DNA from: an uncultured Erysipelotrichaceae bacterium
GTDB lineage: Bacteria > Bacillota_I > Bacilli_A > RF39 > UBA660
Reading direction: 5' to 3'
Assembly (NCBI GenBank): GCA_902767245.1
Contig: CACXGO010000018.1
Span: forward strand, 27,708-91,707
DNA: 64,000 nucleotides
Under the pieces are notes generated by a model. The model searched no databases. It was not told the DNA's origin and saw nothing but the letters and a program-made list of their open reading frames with translations. Positions 27,878 to 35,965 of this stretch are shown here, piece by piece. The first letter of the stretch is position 1. Each line of letters opens with the position of its first letter. Position numbers and translations under genes: made by a program.

Positions 27878-27907
27878 AAGATAAACATTTGTTTATCTTT
27901 TTTTTTA
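27878..27907 (+). terminator. Strong rho-independent terminator ending the pilin-dockerin-cohesin unit
   Basis: AAAGATAAAC-ATT-GTTTATCTTT followed by a 7-nt T-run. Confidence 0.8.
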
Positions 27908-27952
27908 TTGAAAAAAACTTTCTCCTGTTATATAATTGAAATGAGGGATTTT

Positions 27953-28642
27953 ATGGAAGAAATTAATTTAACTGATTTATTAAAATATTTTATAAGTAGA
28001 ATATTAATTATTATTTTAATTACAATTTTTTGTGGTTTACTTGGATCAATGTATTCACTATTTTTACAAACACCTATGTACAAATCTAAAACAACATTAC
28101 TTTTAGCTAATGTTTCAACTTTTGATTCAAATAATGTATCTGGTAATTTATCTACAGATATTACATTGAATCAAAAACTTGTTTCAACATATCGTGAAAT
28201 AATTAAAAGTAAGAGAGTATTAAAACAAGTAATAAGAAAATTGGATTTAGATTTGGAATATGATACTTTAAAAAACATGATTTCTGTTGATTCAATATCA
28301 AATACTGAAGTCATATCAGTAACAGTAACCAACAAAAGTCCAGAGGCTGCTGCTTATATTGCTAATGAAGTAGCTAATACCTTCTGTGATGAAATAGTTA
28401 ATATTTATCAAATTCAAAATGTAAACATAATTGATAAAGCTGAAGTAAGTAGTAATCCATATAATATTAATTTAGTTAAGCAAATAATTATTTATTTATT
28501 AATTGGTTTTGTATTAGGGTGTGGAATTGTATTCATTATTTACTATTTTGATACAACAATAAAAACAAAAGAAGAAATTGAAGAAAAAGTAGGCTTACCA
28601 GTTTTAGGTATTATTCCTTTAAAAAAGGAGGCACGTAAATGA
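27953..28642 (+). CDS. Wzz/CpsC/YwqC-type polysaccharide co-polymerase (BY-kinase transmembrane modulator)
   Basis: GAGGG RBS before ATG 27953. Two TMs flank a Wzz-like loop (YKSKTTLLL...LVSTYREIIKSKRVLKQV). The ATGA overlap with the kinase gene indicates coupling. Confidence 0.8.
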   Translation: MEEINLTDLLKYFISRILIIILITIFCGLLGSMYSLFLQTPMYKSKTTLLLANVSTFDSNNVSGNLSTDITLNQKLVSTYREIIKSKRVLKQVIRKLDLDLEYDTLKNMISVDSISNTEVISVTVTNKSPEAAAYIANEVANTFCDEIVNIYQIQNVNIIDKAEVSSNPYNINLVKQIIIYLLIGFVLGCGIVFIIYYFDTTIKTKEEIEEKVGLPVLGIIPLKKEARK

Positions 28643-29316
28643 AAAATGATTTAGTTGTAGTTACTTCACCAAAAGCTATCATAAGTGAAGGTTTTAGAAC
28701 CCTAAGAACAAATTTACAATTTTCAACTATTGATTCTAAAATTCAAACAATAGCTGTTGTTAGTTCAATGCAAGGAGAAGGTAAAAGCTTTGTATCAGCT
28801 AATTTAGCTTGTGCGTTTGCTCAAGCAGGCGAAAAAGTATTATTGATTGATTGCGATATGAGACGTGGTCGTTTACATAAAATATTTAATATTGAAAACG
28901 AAAATGGGTTTTCTAATTTACTAATATCTGATATTAAAGATTTTAATTCATATATTAAAAAAACTGAAATTAAAAATCTTTCAGTTTTACCAATGGGAGC
29001 AATTCCTCCTAATCCAGCTGAATTAATTGCAAGTTCAAAAAACGAAAAATTAATGGAATTATTAAAAGAAAAATATGACGTTATTATATATGATTGTGTA
29101 CCTGTAACAGGGCTTACAGATTCGCTTATTATGTCAAAGTTAGTTGATAAAACAATAATTGTTGCAGCATCAAAAGTAACACCATTAGAACTTTTGCAAA
29201 ATACTAAAAAATCACTTTTAAATGTAGGTGCTGATATTGCTGGTGTTGTTTTTAACCGAGTTAGTACTGAAAGAAGTATTTATGCTAATAAATACTATGG
29301 TAAATATTATTCATGA
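28639..29316 (+). CDS. Bacterial tyrosine kinase, cytoplasmic subunit (CpsD/CapB/YwqD type)
   Basis: Walker A SSMQGEGKS, Walker A' LLIDCDMRRG, Walker B VIIYDCVP, and a C-terminal Tyr cluster YANKYYGKYYS. Confidence 0.85.
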   Translation: MKNDLVVVTSPKAIISEGFRTLRTNLQFSTIDSKIQTIAVVSSMQGEGKSFVSANLACAFAQAGEKVLLIDCDMRRGRLHKIFNIENENGFSNLLISDIKDFNSYIKKTEIKNLSVLPMGAIPPNPAELIASSKNEKLMELLKEKYDVIIYDCVPVTGLTDSLIMSKLVDKTIIVAASKVTPLELLQNTKKSLLNVGADIAGVVFNRVSTERSIYANKYYGKYYS

Positions 29317-30080
29317 TAGATATCCACTCACACATCTTATATGGAATTGATGATGGAGCTAAAAACATTGATGACAGTGTTAGTCTAATTAATAGTGCTA
29401 TTAAAAACAATGTTAAGAAAATTATTCTTACACCGCATTATATTGTAGAATCAAATTCAATAACTCCAAATAAGACCAAAAAAGAAATATTGAATAAAAT
29501 AAAAAAACAAGTTTCTTCAGAAGTTGAACTTTATTTGGGTAATGAAATATATATGGATGATGATATTGCTTCATTAATTGATGCTAATAAAATTATGCCT
29601 TTAGCAAATAGCAAATATTTATTAATTGAGCTTCCAATATATAATGAATATCCAAACTTAGAAAACAAATTGTTCTCTTTAAGAAATTTGGGATACAAAA
29701 TTATAATTGCTCATCCAGAAAGATATTACTATTTTAAAAATGATTTTAGTAAATTACTTAAGCTTTGTAAACAAGGCATTTACTTTCAAGGTAATTATAT
29801 GTCACTTTATGATATATATGGTAAAAGTACAAAAAAATTATTTTTAAAAATATTAAAACATCATTGCTATAGTTTTATGGCGAGTGATATTCATATGCCT
29901 AGTCAAAAATATTATGATAAAATTAGCGATGCCAAAGCTAAAATAGCAAAAATTACAAATAAATCTTATTGTGATGATATATTTTATAACAATGCGGATA
30001 AAATAATAAAGAACGAAGAAGTAGAAAATAGTTATAAAGAAAAAATATCAATTTTTGATAGAATAAGAGGGAATAAATGA
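29313..30080 (+). CDS. PHP-family protein-tyrosine phosphatase (CpsB/YwqE type)
   Basis: N-terminal MIDIHSHILYGIDDGA, then TPH, AHPERY and SDIH metal-binding motifs. Confidence 0.85.
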   Translation: MIDIHSHILYGIDDGAKNIDDSVSLINSAIKNNVKKIILTPHYIVESNSITPNKTKKEILNKIKKQVSSEVELYLGNEIYMDDDIASLIDANKIMPLANSKYLLIELPIYNEYPNLENKLFSLRNLGYKIIIAHPERYYYFKNDFSKLLKLCKQGIYFQGNYMSLYDIYGKSTKKLFLKILKHHCYSFMASDIHMPSQKYYDKISDAKAKIAKITNKSYCDDIFYNNADKIIKNEEVENSYKEKISIFDRIRGNK

Positions 30081-31219
30081 AAAAGAAGTTAATAATATTA
30101 TTCTTGTTTCTAATATTTCCTTTTTTTGTATCTGCATATACAAAAGAGGATATAATTAAACTTGTAGACAATCAAAAAACATGTGATCAAGAAACAGAAA
30201 ACATGTATTCAAAATATTTTAATATATATTCGAGATTGTTAAAAAAGAAAGATGTATCTGAAGGTGACTTGAATCAAATTCATACAAATTTAACTAAAGC
30301 CTTGGTAATTGCAAATAAATATAACTTATGCAGTATTGATGATCTTGATAATATACCAAAGAAAGAGAAAAGCGAATTATATAATTACTTGTATGATAGT
30401 TATAAATTAATTTTAAAATCAAAAAATCTGGATGATACAGAAACAAATGTTATTTATAATGGCGATGGTACAATAGATATATATGAAAATGGTGAACACT
30501 TAGAACAAATCAAAACAGCAAAAGATACATTTAACTATGTTGGATTAAGCAAATACTTTGTTTATTTAAAATACCTTTTACCATTTAGTTTAATCGTTAT
30601 TTTTATATTTGTGATGAAAACAAGAAAAAAGATTTTTATTAATGAAATACTTATAATTTTACTAGTGATTGATATTATTCTAACTTTAGTATATTTTAAA
30701 GCAGGAAATAAAATATATGATGCTTATAATCTTATAAAATCTATGAGTTATATTGAAAATAAAGAAGTAACTAAAATTGAAGTCAAAAATAAAAAAATTA
30801 TTAAATATCCCAGTTTTGGTTCAAAATATGGTGTATTAAAAATAGATAATCTTGGAATCAACTTACCAATTTTTTACGGTGACTCCAAAGAAATATTAAA
30901 AAAAGGCATTGGACATAGTCAATCATTTCCAGGTTTTGGAGGGACAACTATATTAAGTGGCCATAATTCAAAGATTTTTTTAAATAGTTTAAAAAATATT
31001 AAGATTTCTAGTTTAATTGAAGTTGAGACTGATTATGGAGCTTTTATATATAAAGTAAGAAAAATTGAAATATTAAATACTGATCAATATTCAAAATTAG
31101 AAAAAGGAAAAAATGAAATTATTTTGTATACATGTTATCCATTTGATGAAATAGTTTATTCAAATCAGAGATTTGTTGTTTATGCTAGTTTAATAGAATC
31201 GAAGTGGTTGAATGGTTAA
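30077..31219 (+). CDS. Sortase-domain protein with an atypical ~230-aa N-terminal extension (signal peptide, extracytoplasmic domain, two TMs)
   Basis: The C-terminal ~145 aa carry the sortase His (TILSGHNS), Cys (ILYTCYPF) and Arg (NQRFVVYA) contexts. ATGA overlap with the phosphatase gene. Confidence 0.7.
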   Translation: MKKKLIILFLFLIFPFFVSAYTKEDIIKLVDNQKTCDQETENMYSKYFNIYSRLLKKKDVSEGDLNQIHTNLTKALVIANKYNLCSIDDLDNIPKKEKSELYNYLYDSYKLILKSKNLDDTETNVIYNGDGTIDIYENGEHLEQIKTAKDTFNYVGLSKYFVYLKYLLPFSLIVIFIFVMKTRKKIFINEILIILLVIDIILTLVYFKAGNKIYDAYNLIKSMSYIENKEVTKIEVKNKKIIKYPSFGSKYGVLKIDNLGINLPIFYGDSKEILKKGIGHSQSFPGFGGTTILSGHNSKIFLNSLKNIKISSLIEVETDYGAFIYKVRKIEILNTDQYSKLEKGKNEIILYTCYPFDEIVYSNQRFVVYASLIESKWLNG

Positions 31220-31976
31220 AAGAATAATTTTTATTACACTAATAACATTTTTAATATTAGTTTCACTTTCTTTTGTTGTTTATTCAAAAATTTTTAATAA
31301 AAATCAAATCGTTCAGGAATTTAATCGTATCAATTATTATGATTATGTATATAAAGAAATAAATAAAAATTTGGAGTTAGAGTTACCAAATTCGGAGCTA
31401 TCATACCTTTATTTTAATTATTTAACTATTTCACAAGTAAAAAAAGATATTAATGTTGTTTTAGATTCATATTTAAGCAAAAAAGATAATGATGTTAAAA
31501 CAAAATTTTATAATAACATTATAAATAATTTTGAAAACAAAAATGATGCATATGTAAAAGAATTAGCAAAAAGATTATCAAATACATATTATAGTGGTTT
31601 ATTTAGTTTTGATAAATTAGATAAATTTATCGAAAAATTGCCATATCGAAATATATCTAAGAAAGTTGCAATTGTTAGTTTATTTATAACAATTTTAATA
31701 ATACTTTTATCAATAAAAAAAGACTTAATTGATATATCAATTTCATTTATTACAAGTGGAATAATATTTATAATTCCCAAGATTTTTATTCATTTTAAAA
31801 ATATTTTATTAAATTTTTACTATTATAATAAATCGCTTTCTTACTTTATTAAGAATTATATATTTCATTTGATTAATATATTCTTTAAGATTGGATTTAT
31901 ATTGATGATTTTAGGCCTAATTGGTTTTACTATACATTATATTAGACATTTTAGATTGACTAGCAGTGTAAAGTGA
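31212..31976 (+). CDS. Polytopic membrane protein of unknown function, translationally coupled to the sortase gene
   Basis: 8-nt overlap (AATGGTTAAA). N-terminal TM, a ~130-aa soluble segment and 3-4 C-terminal TMs. No motif recognised. Confidence 0.5.
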   Translation: MVKRIIFITLITFLILVSLSFVVYSKIFNKNQIVQEFNRINYYDYVYKEINKNLELELPNSELSYLYFNYLTISQVKKDINVVLDSYLSKKDNDVKTKFYNNIINNFENKNDAYVKELAKRLSNTYYSGLFSFDKLDKFIEKLPYRNISKKVAIVSLFITILIILLSIKKDLIDISISFITSGIIFIIPKIFIHFKNILLNFYYYNKSLSYFIKNYIFHLINIFFKIGFILMILGLIGFTIHYIRHFRLTSSVK

Positions 31977-32010
31977 GATATAATTTAAGTAATAATAGGA
32001 GGAGTGAATT

Positions 32011-32445
32011 ATGAATTTGATTAATTTTTTAGCCGTAGGAGTAAAATGTGGCGATACTGAAATTGGTGGGATGATTGTAGGAATTATTGGGACTATTTAT
32101 AATGGAATTAAGATAGGGGTGCCAATAATCTTAATAATTGTTGGTATGGTTGGAATGGGGAAGGCCATAGCCCAACAAAAAGAGGATGAAATAAAGAAAG
32201 CCCAAAGCACATTAATTAAACAAGCAGTAGCAGCAGTAATAGTATTTTTAATGTTTCAATTAGTACAACTTGGAATGAGTGCTTTAAATGTTAAAAACGA
32301 TTCAAATTGGCAATGTGTTAAAATGATATTAATTCCACCAAAAGATGGTGACGACTGTAAAATGGATGACGGTAATGGTGGCGGATGGAGAATTCTCAAT
32401 GAAAATACCAATGATGCAATGTGGGAATGCCAAAGTAGGGGATAA
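32011..32445 (+). CDS. Two-TM hairpin small protein, paralog 1 of 4 (TrbC/VirB2-like topology)
   Basis: GGAGG RBS. Conserved core IYNGIKIGVPIILIIVGMVGMGKAIAQQKEDEIKKAQSTLIKQAVAAVIVFLMFQLVQL. The C-tail is variable and contains WQC...C...WEC. Confidence 0.65.
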   Translation: MNLINFLAVGVKCGDTEIGGMIVGIIGTIYNGIKIGVPIILIIVGMVGMGKAIAQQKEDEIKKAQSTLIKQAVAAVIVFLMFQLVQLGMSALNVKNDSNWQCVKMILIPPKDGDDCKMDDGNGGGWRILNENTNDAMWECQSRG

Positions 32446-32451
32446 AATTCA

Positions 32452-32886
32452 ATGACTATGATTAATTTCTTAGCGACAAAAGGAATAATTTGTGCAGGAA
32501 TCAGATTAGAAGGAGATATTGTCGGAATTATTCGAACCGTTTATAATGGAATAAAAATAGGAGTTCCTTTAATCTTGATTTTTGTTGGAATGTTTGGCAT
32601 GGCCAAAGCAATCACTATGCAAAAGGAAGATGAAATAAAAAAAGCTCAGAATTTACTTGTTAGACAAGCAGTAGCAGCAGTAATAGTATTTTTAATGTTT
32701 CAATTAGTACAACTTGCAATGAGTGTAATTAAAGTAAAAAATTCATCAAATTGGTCTTGCGTAAAAGCTGTTTTAGTTGAACCAGATTCTAAAACAAAAT
32801 GTTATACAGATGATGGAAAAGAAGCTTATTGGGGCTCTGACCACTTAACTGATTCATATTGGCAATGTGATGGAGCGGCTGGTTAA
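32452..32886 (+). CDS. Two-TM hairpin small protein, paralog 2 of 4
   Basis: Same core (VYNGIKIGVPLILIFVGMFGMAKAITMQKEDEIKKAQNLLVRQAVAAVIVFLMFQLVQL). It shares a 53-nt identical run with paralog 1 and long identical runs with paralog 3. Confidence 0.65.
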   Translation: MTMINFLATKGIICAGIRLEGDIVGIIRTVYNGIKIGVPLILIFVGMFGMAKAITMQKEDEIKKAQNLLVRQAVAAVIVFLMFQLVQLAMSVIKVKNSSNWSCVKAVLVEPDSKTKCYTDDGKEAYWGSDHLTDSYWQCDGAAG

Positions 32887-32918
32887 AAACTTATTATAAA
32901 TAAAATTGAGGTGATATA

Positions 32919-33263
32919 ATGTTTTTCTTAGATGAAATGTGTGGTGCATGTGCATCCGCTGGTCTTGGGAATATTCCTAATCAGGTAGTTAATATAATAC
33001 ATATTGTTTTTGTAGCAATAAAAATAGGAGTTCCTTTGATTCTAATTTTTGTTGGAATGTTTGACATGGCTCGCGCAATCACTCTACAAAAGGAAGATGA
33101 AATAAAAAAAGCTCAAAATTTATTGGTAAGAAAAGCAGTAGCAGCAGCTTTAGTGTTTTTAATGCTTTCTTTAGTCAGCACATTATTTAGTGTTGTTGGC
33201 GGTGAAGGATCAGAGAATATTTGGAGTTGCGTTAATGCACTTTTAAATGGTATATGTTCATAA
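32919..33263 (+). CDS. Two-TM hairpin small protein, paralog 3 of 4
   Basis: GAGGTGA RBS. Core AIKIGVPLILIFVGMFDMARAITLQKEDEIKKAQNLLVRKAVAAALVFLM. The N-tail has CGAC and the C-tail has WSC...ICS. Confidence 0.65.
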   Translation: MFFLDEMCGACASAGLGNIPNQVVNIIHIVFVAIKIGVPLILIFVGMFDMARAITLQKEDEIKKAQNLLVRKAVAAALVFLMLSLVSTLFSVVGGEGSENIWSCVNALLNGICS

Positions 33264-33293
33264 AAAGTATCAATGATACTTTTTGTTTTTTTT
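33263..33293 (+). terminator. Rho-independent terminator after paralog 3
   Basis: AAAAGTATC-AAT-GATACTTTT followed by a T-rich run. An extended -10 TGTTATAAT (TATAAT at 33309-33314) follows and could drive paralog 4 separately. Confidence 0.7.
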
Positions 33294-33332
33294 AAAATAA
33301 TTTTATGTTATAATGATTTTGGTGACTAATCT

Positions 33333-33656
33333 ATGTTTTTGGATATTATGTGTGCTGGAACTGAACTTCCAGATTATGTTGGATATTATGTATCATTAAT
33401 ATATTTTGCAATACGTATTTGTGTTCCAATTTTATTAATTATTGTTGGAATGATTGATATGGGAAGAGCAATTGTCTCTAAAAAAGAAGAAGATGTTAAA
33501 AAAGCTCAAGGACTATTATTAAAAAAAGTAGTTCTTGGAATAATAGTATTCTTACTTCCTTACTTTGTTGAATTAGTTATTAAGATATTTACTAAAGATA
33601 ATGAATTAGTTGATTGTATTAAAAAACTTATAGATTATAGAACAAATTTATTTTAG
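33333..33656 (+). CDS. Two-TM hairpin small protein, paralog 4 of 4 (most divergent)
   Basis: Core AIRICVPILLIIVGMIDMGRAIVSKKEEDVKKAQGLLLKKVVLGIIVFLLPYFVELV. It has its own promoter-like box and terminator. Confidence 0.6.
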   Translation: MFLDIMCAGTELPDYVGYYVSLIYFAIRICVPILLIIVGMIDMGRAIVSKKEEDVKKAQGLLLKKVVLGIIVFLLPYFVELVIKIFTKDNELVDCIKKLIDYRTNLF

Positions 33657-33677
33657 ATTGCATTGCAATCTTTTTTA
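33655..33677 (+). terminator. Rho-independent terminator after paralog 4
   Basis: AGATTGC-ATT-GCAATCT followed by TTTTTT. Confidence 0.65.
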
Positions 33678-33722
33678 TTTTCTGTCGAACGATTGTATGC
33701 TATAATTGAATAGGTGATTAAA

Positions 33723-35918
33723 ATGGATTCATATATAAAAGGTAAATACAAATCTGATATATTTAGATCTGAAAAAGGCTATGTTATTGGAATTTTTAAG
33801 ATAACCGAAACTAATATTGATGATTTAATTGAATTTATTAATCACACAATTACGATAACTGGATATTTTTATAATTTAAATGAAAATGATAATTATATTT
33901 TATTTGGAGATGTTGTTAATCATCCTAAATACGGAATTCAATTTAGTGTTTCAGAAAGTGAAACCATAAAACCAACTGATAAAGATGGTATTATAGAATT
34001 TCTTTCAAGTGACCTATTTCCAGGCGTTGGTGAAAAGTTAGCAACAAAAATAGTTGATACCTTAGGTGAAAATACAATTGATCTTATTTTAGATGATAAA
34101 AGCAATTTATTTAACATTCCTAAAATATCAAATAAAACTGCAGAAAAAATTTATAATATTATGGCTACTTATGAAAATAGTCATAAAACAATAGTATATT
34201 TGTGTGATATAGGTTTTAACAGCAGTGAAGCATTATTAATTTATAATACATATCGCAATAATACACTTGATAGATTAAATGAAAACATATATGAATTTAA
34301 TGAAATAAATGATATATCTTTTTTAAAAGTTGATCGAATTAGAGAAAAATTAGAAATTAAAAATGATGATCAAAGAAGAATTAAGGCTTGTATTTTATAT
34401 ATTATGAAGTATATAACATATCAAAATGGTGATACATATTTATCATTTGATTTAATATATAATGAAGTCTTAAAATATTTAAATATTGGAATACCAGAAT
34501 CTGATTTTGCAAGTTATTTAGAAGAACTAAGCAAAAGTAATAAAATAGTAATTGATAATGATAAATATTATCTAAAAGAAATATTTTCTTCTGAAGTAAA
34601 TATTTCAGGAAGAATAAAAGAAATAATTAAAAATAATAAAAAATATAAAAAATTAAATGATTATTTAGAAGAAATAGAAGTTTATAATAATATCAAATAT
34701 AATTTTAAACAGAAAGAAGCAATTAAATCAAGCTTAATAAATGGTGCAACAATTATAACTGGAGGACCAGGAACCGGTAAAACAACAATTATCAAAGCCA
34801 TAATTTTGCTATATCAAACTTTGAATAAATTAAATGATAGCGAATTAATTAATGAGGTTTTATTACTTGCTCCAACTGGAAGAGCAAGTAAACGTTTAGC
34901 AGAAGCTACAAATATTGGAGCTATGACAATTCATCGTTTTTTAAAATGGCATAAAGAATCTAATTCATTTGAAATAAATGAATATAATAAAGATTTTACA
35001 AAAAAATTTATTGTTGTTGATGAAGCAAGTATGATTGATATTAATTTATTTGACTCTTTGTTAAAAGGTCTTGGCAAGGATATTCAACTGGTTTTGGTTG
35101 GTGATTATAATCAACTTCCTAGTGTGGGGCCTGGAATGTTATTGAAAGATTTAATTGATTCTCAAATTGCAAATACTATTTATTTAGATCTTTTATATCG
35201 CCAAAGTAATAAATCATTTATTCCAATCCTTGCTGATAATATTAAAAATGGGGTAACTGATAATATCCTAGGAAAGGTAAATGATTATGTATTTTTAGAA
35301 TGTAATCGCTTTAATATTAGATCAAATATTAAAAAAATTTGTGAGCAATTACTTGAAAAAGGTGTTAGTTTAACAAATCTTCAACTTTTGGCGCCAATGT
35401 ATAAAAGTATGAATGGAATTGATAATTTAAATCGTGATTTACAAGATATTTTTAATCCATATCAGAATCAAAAAGAAATAAGTGTTGGAGAATTTAAATA
35501 TCGAGTTGGCGATAAAGTTATTGAACTTGTTAATATGCCAGATGAAAATATTTATAATGGCGATATTGGATATATCACAGATATCATTTTATCCAATGAG
35601 AGTGAGTCCAAAAAAAACGAAATAATTGTTAATTTTGATGGAAATTTTGTTAAATTTTTACCTAAAGATTATAACAAAATAAAACTTGCTTATATTATTA
35701 GTATTCATAAATCTCAAGGTAGCGAATTTGATATTGTAATTATGCCACTTAGTTTAGAATATAATAAAATGTTATATCGAAAACTTATTTATACTGGAGT
35801 GACAAGAGCTAAAAGTAAATTAATATTAATTGGGGAATTAGAAGCATTTAAATATAGCATTAATAATACAAATGAGTATTTAAGAAAAACATCGCTTTTA
35901 AATCGCTTAATTTCATAG
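33723..35918 (+). CDS. recD2: RecD2-type SF1B 5'-3' DNA helicase
   Basis: N-terminal OB/HhH region (LFPGVGEKLATKIV), Walker A ITGGPGTGKTT, Walker B VVDEASMID, LVGDYNQLPSVGPG, an SH3-like insert, and IHKSQGSEF...YTGVTRAK. Confidence 0.88.
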   Translation: MDSYIKGKYKSDIFRSEKGYVIGIFKITETNIDDLIEFINHTITITGYFYNLNENDNYILFGDVVNHPKYGIQFSVSESETIKPTDKDGIIEFLSSDLFPGVGEKLATKIVDTLGENTIDLILDDKSNLFNIPKISNKTAEKIYNIMATYENSHKTIVYLCDIGFNSSEALLIYNTYRNNTLDRLNENIYEFNEINDISFLKVDRIREKLEIKNDDQRRIKACILYIMKYITYQNGDTYLSFDLIYNEVLKYLNIGIPESDFASYLEELSKSNKIVIDNDKYYLKEIFSSEVNISGRIKEIIKNNKKYKKLNDYLEEIEVYNNIKYNFKQKEAIKSSLINGATIITGGPGTGKTTIIKAIILLYQTLNKLNDSELINEVLLLAPTGRASKRLAEATNIGAMTIHRFLKWHKESNSFEINEYNKDFTKKFIVVDEASMIDINLFDSLLKGLGKDIQLVLVGDYNQLPSVGPGMLLKDLIDSQIANTIYLDLLYRQSNKSFIPILADNIKNGVTDNILGKVNDYVFLECNRFNIRSNIKKICEQLLEKGVSLTNLQLLAPMYKSMNGIDNLNRDLQDIFNPYQNQKEISVGEFKYRVGDKVIELVNMPDENIYNGDIGYITDIILSNESESKKNEIIVNFDGNFVKFLPKDYNKIKLAYIISIHKSQGSEFDIVIMPLSLEYNKMLYRKLIYTGVTRAKSKLILIGELEAFKYSINNTNEYLRKTSLLNRLIS

Positions 35919-35965
35919 TATAAAAATGCCTTTTTATCACATAATAAAACTGATAGGAGGTATTT

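Noticed and set aside
27953-30080. Calling the Wzz/kinase/phosphatase genes a capsule (cps/eps) locus
   Set aside because: No priming or other glycosyltransferases, Wzx flippase, Wzy polymerase or LytR-CpsA-Psr gene is adjacent, so only the regulatory trio is present.
28639-30080. Possible Mollicutes-style genetic code (TGA = Trp), considered because of the extreme AT-richness
   Set aside because: Several well-supported genes end in TGA exactly at ATGA stop/start overlaps (28639, 29313, 30077), and conserved proteins have normal lengths under code 11.
32011-33656. Reading the four hairpin paralogs as evidence of a conjugative element or type IV secretion system
   Set aside because: No VirB4/VirD4-type ATPase, relaxase, VirB6-like channel, integrase or oriT-like repeat is present in the window, and the flanks are chromosomal core genes. 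Only the topology is VirB2-like.
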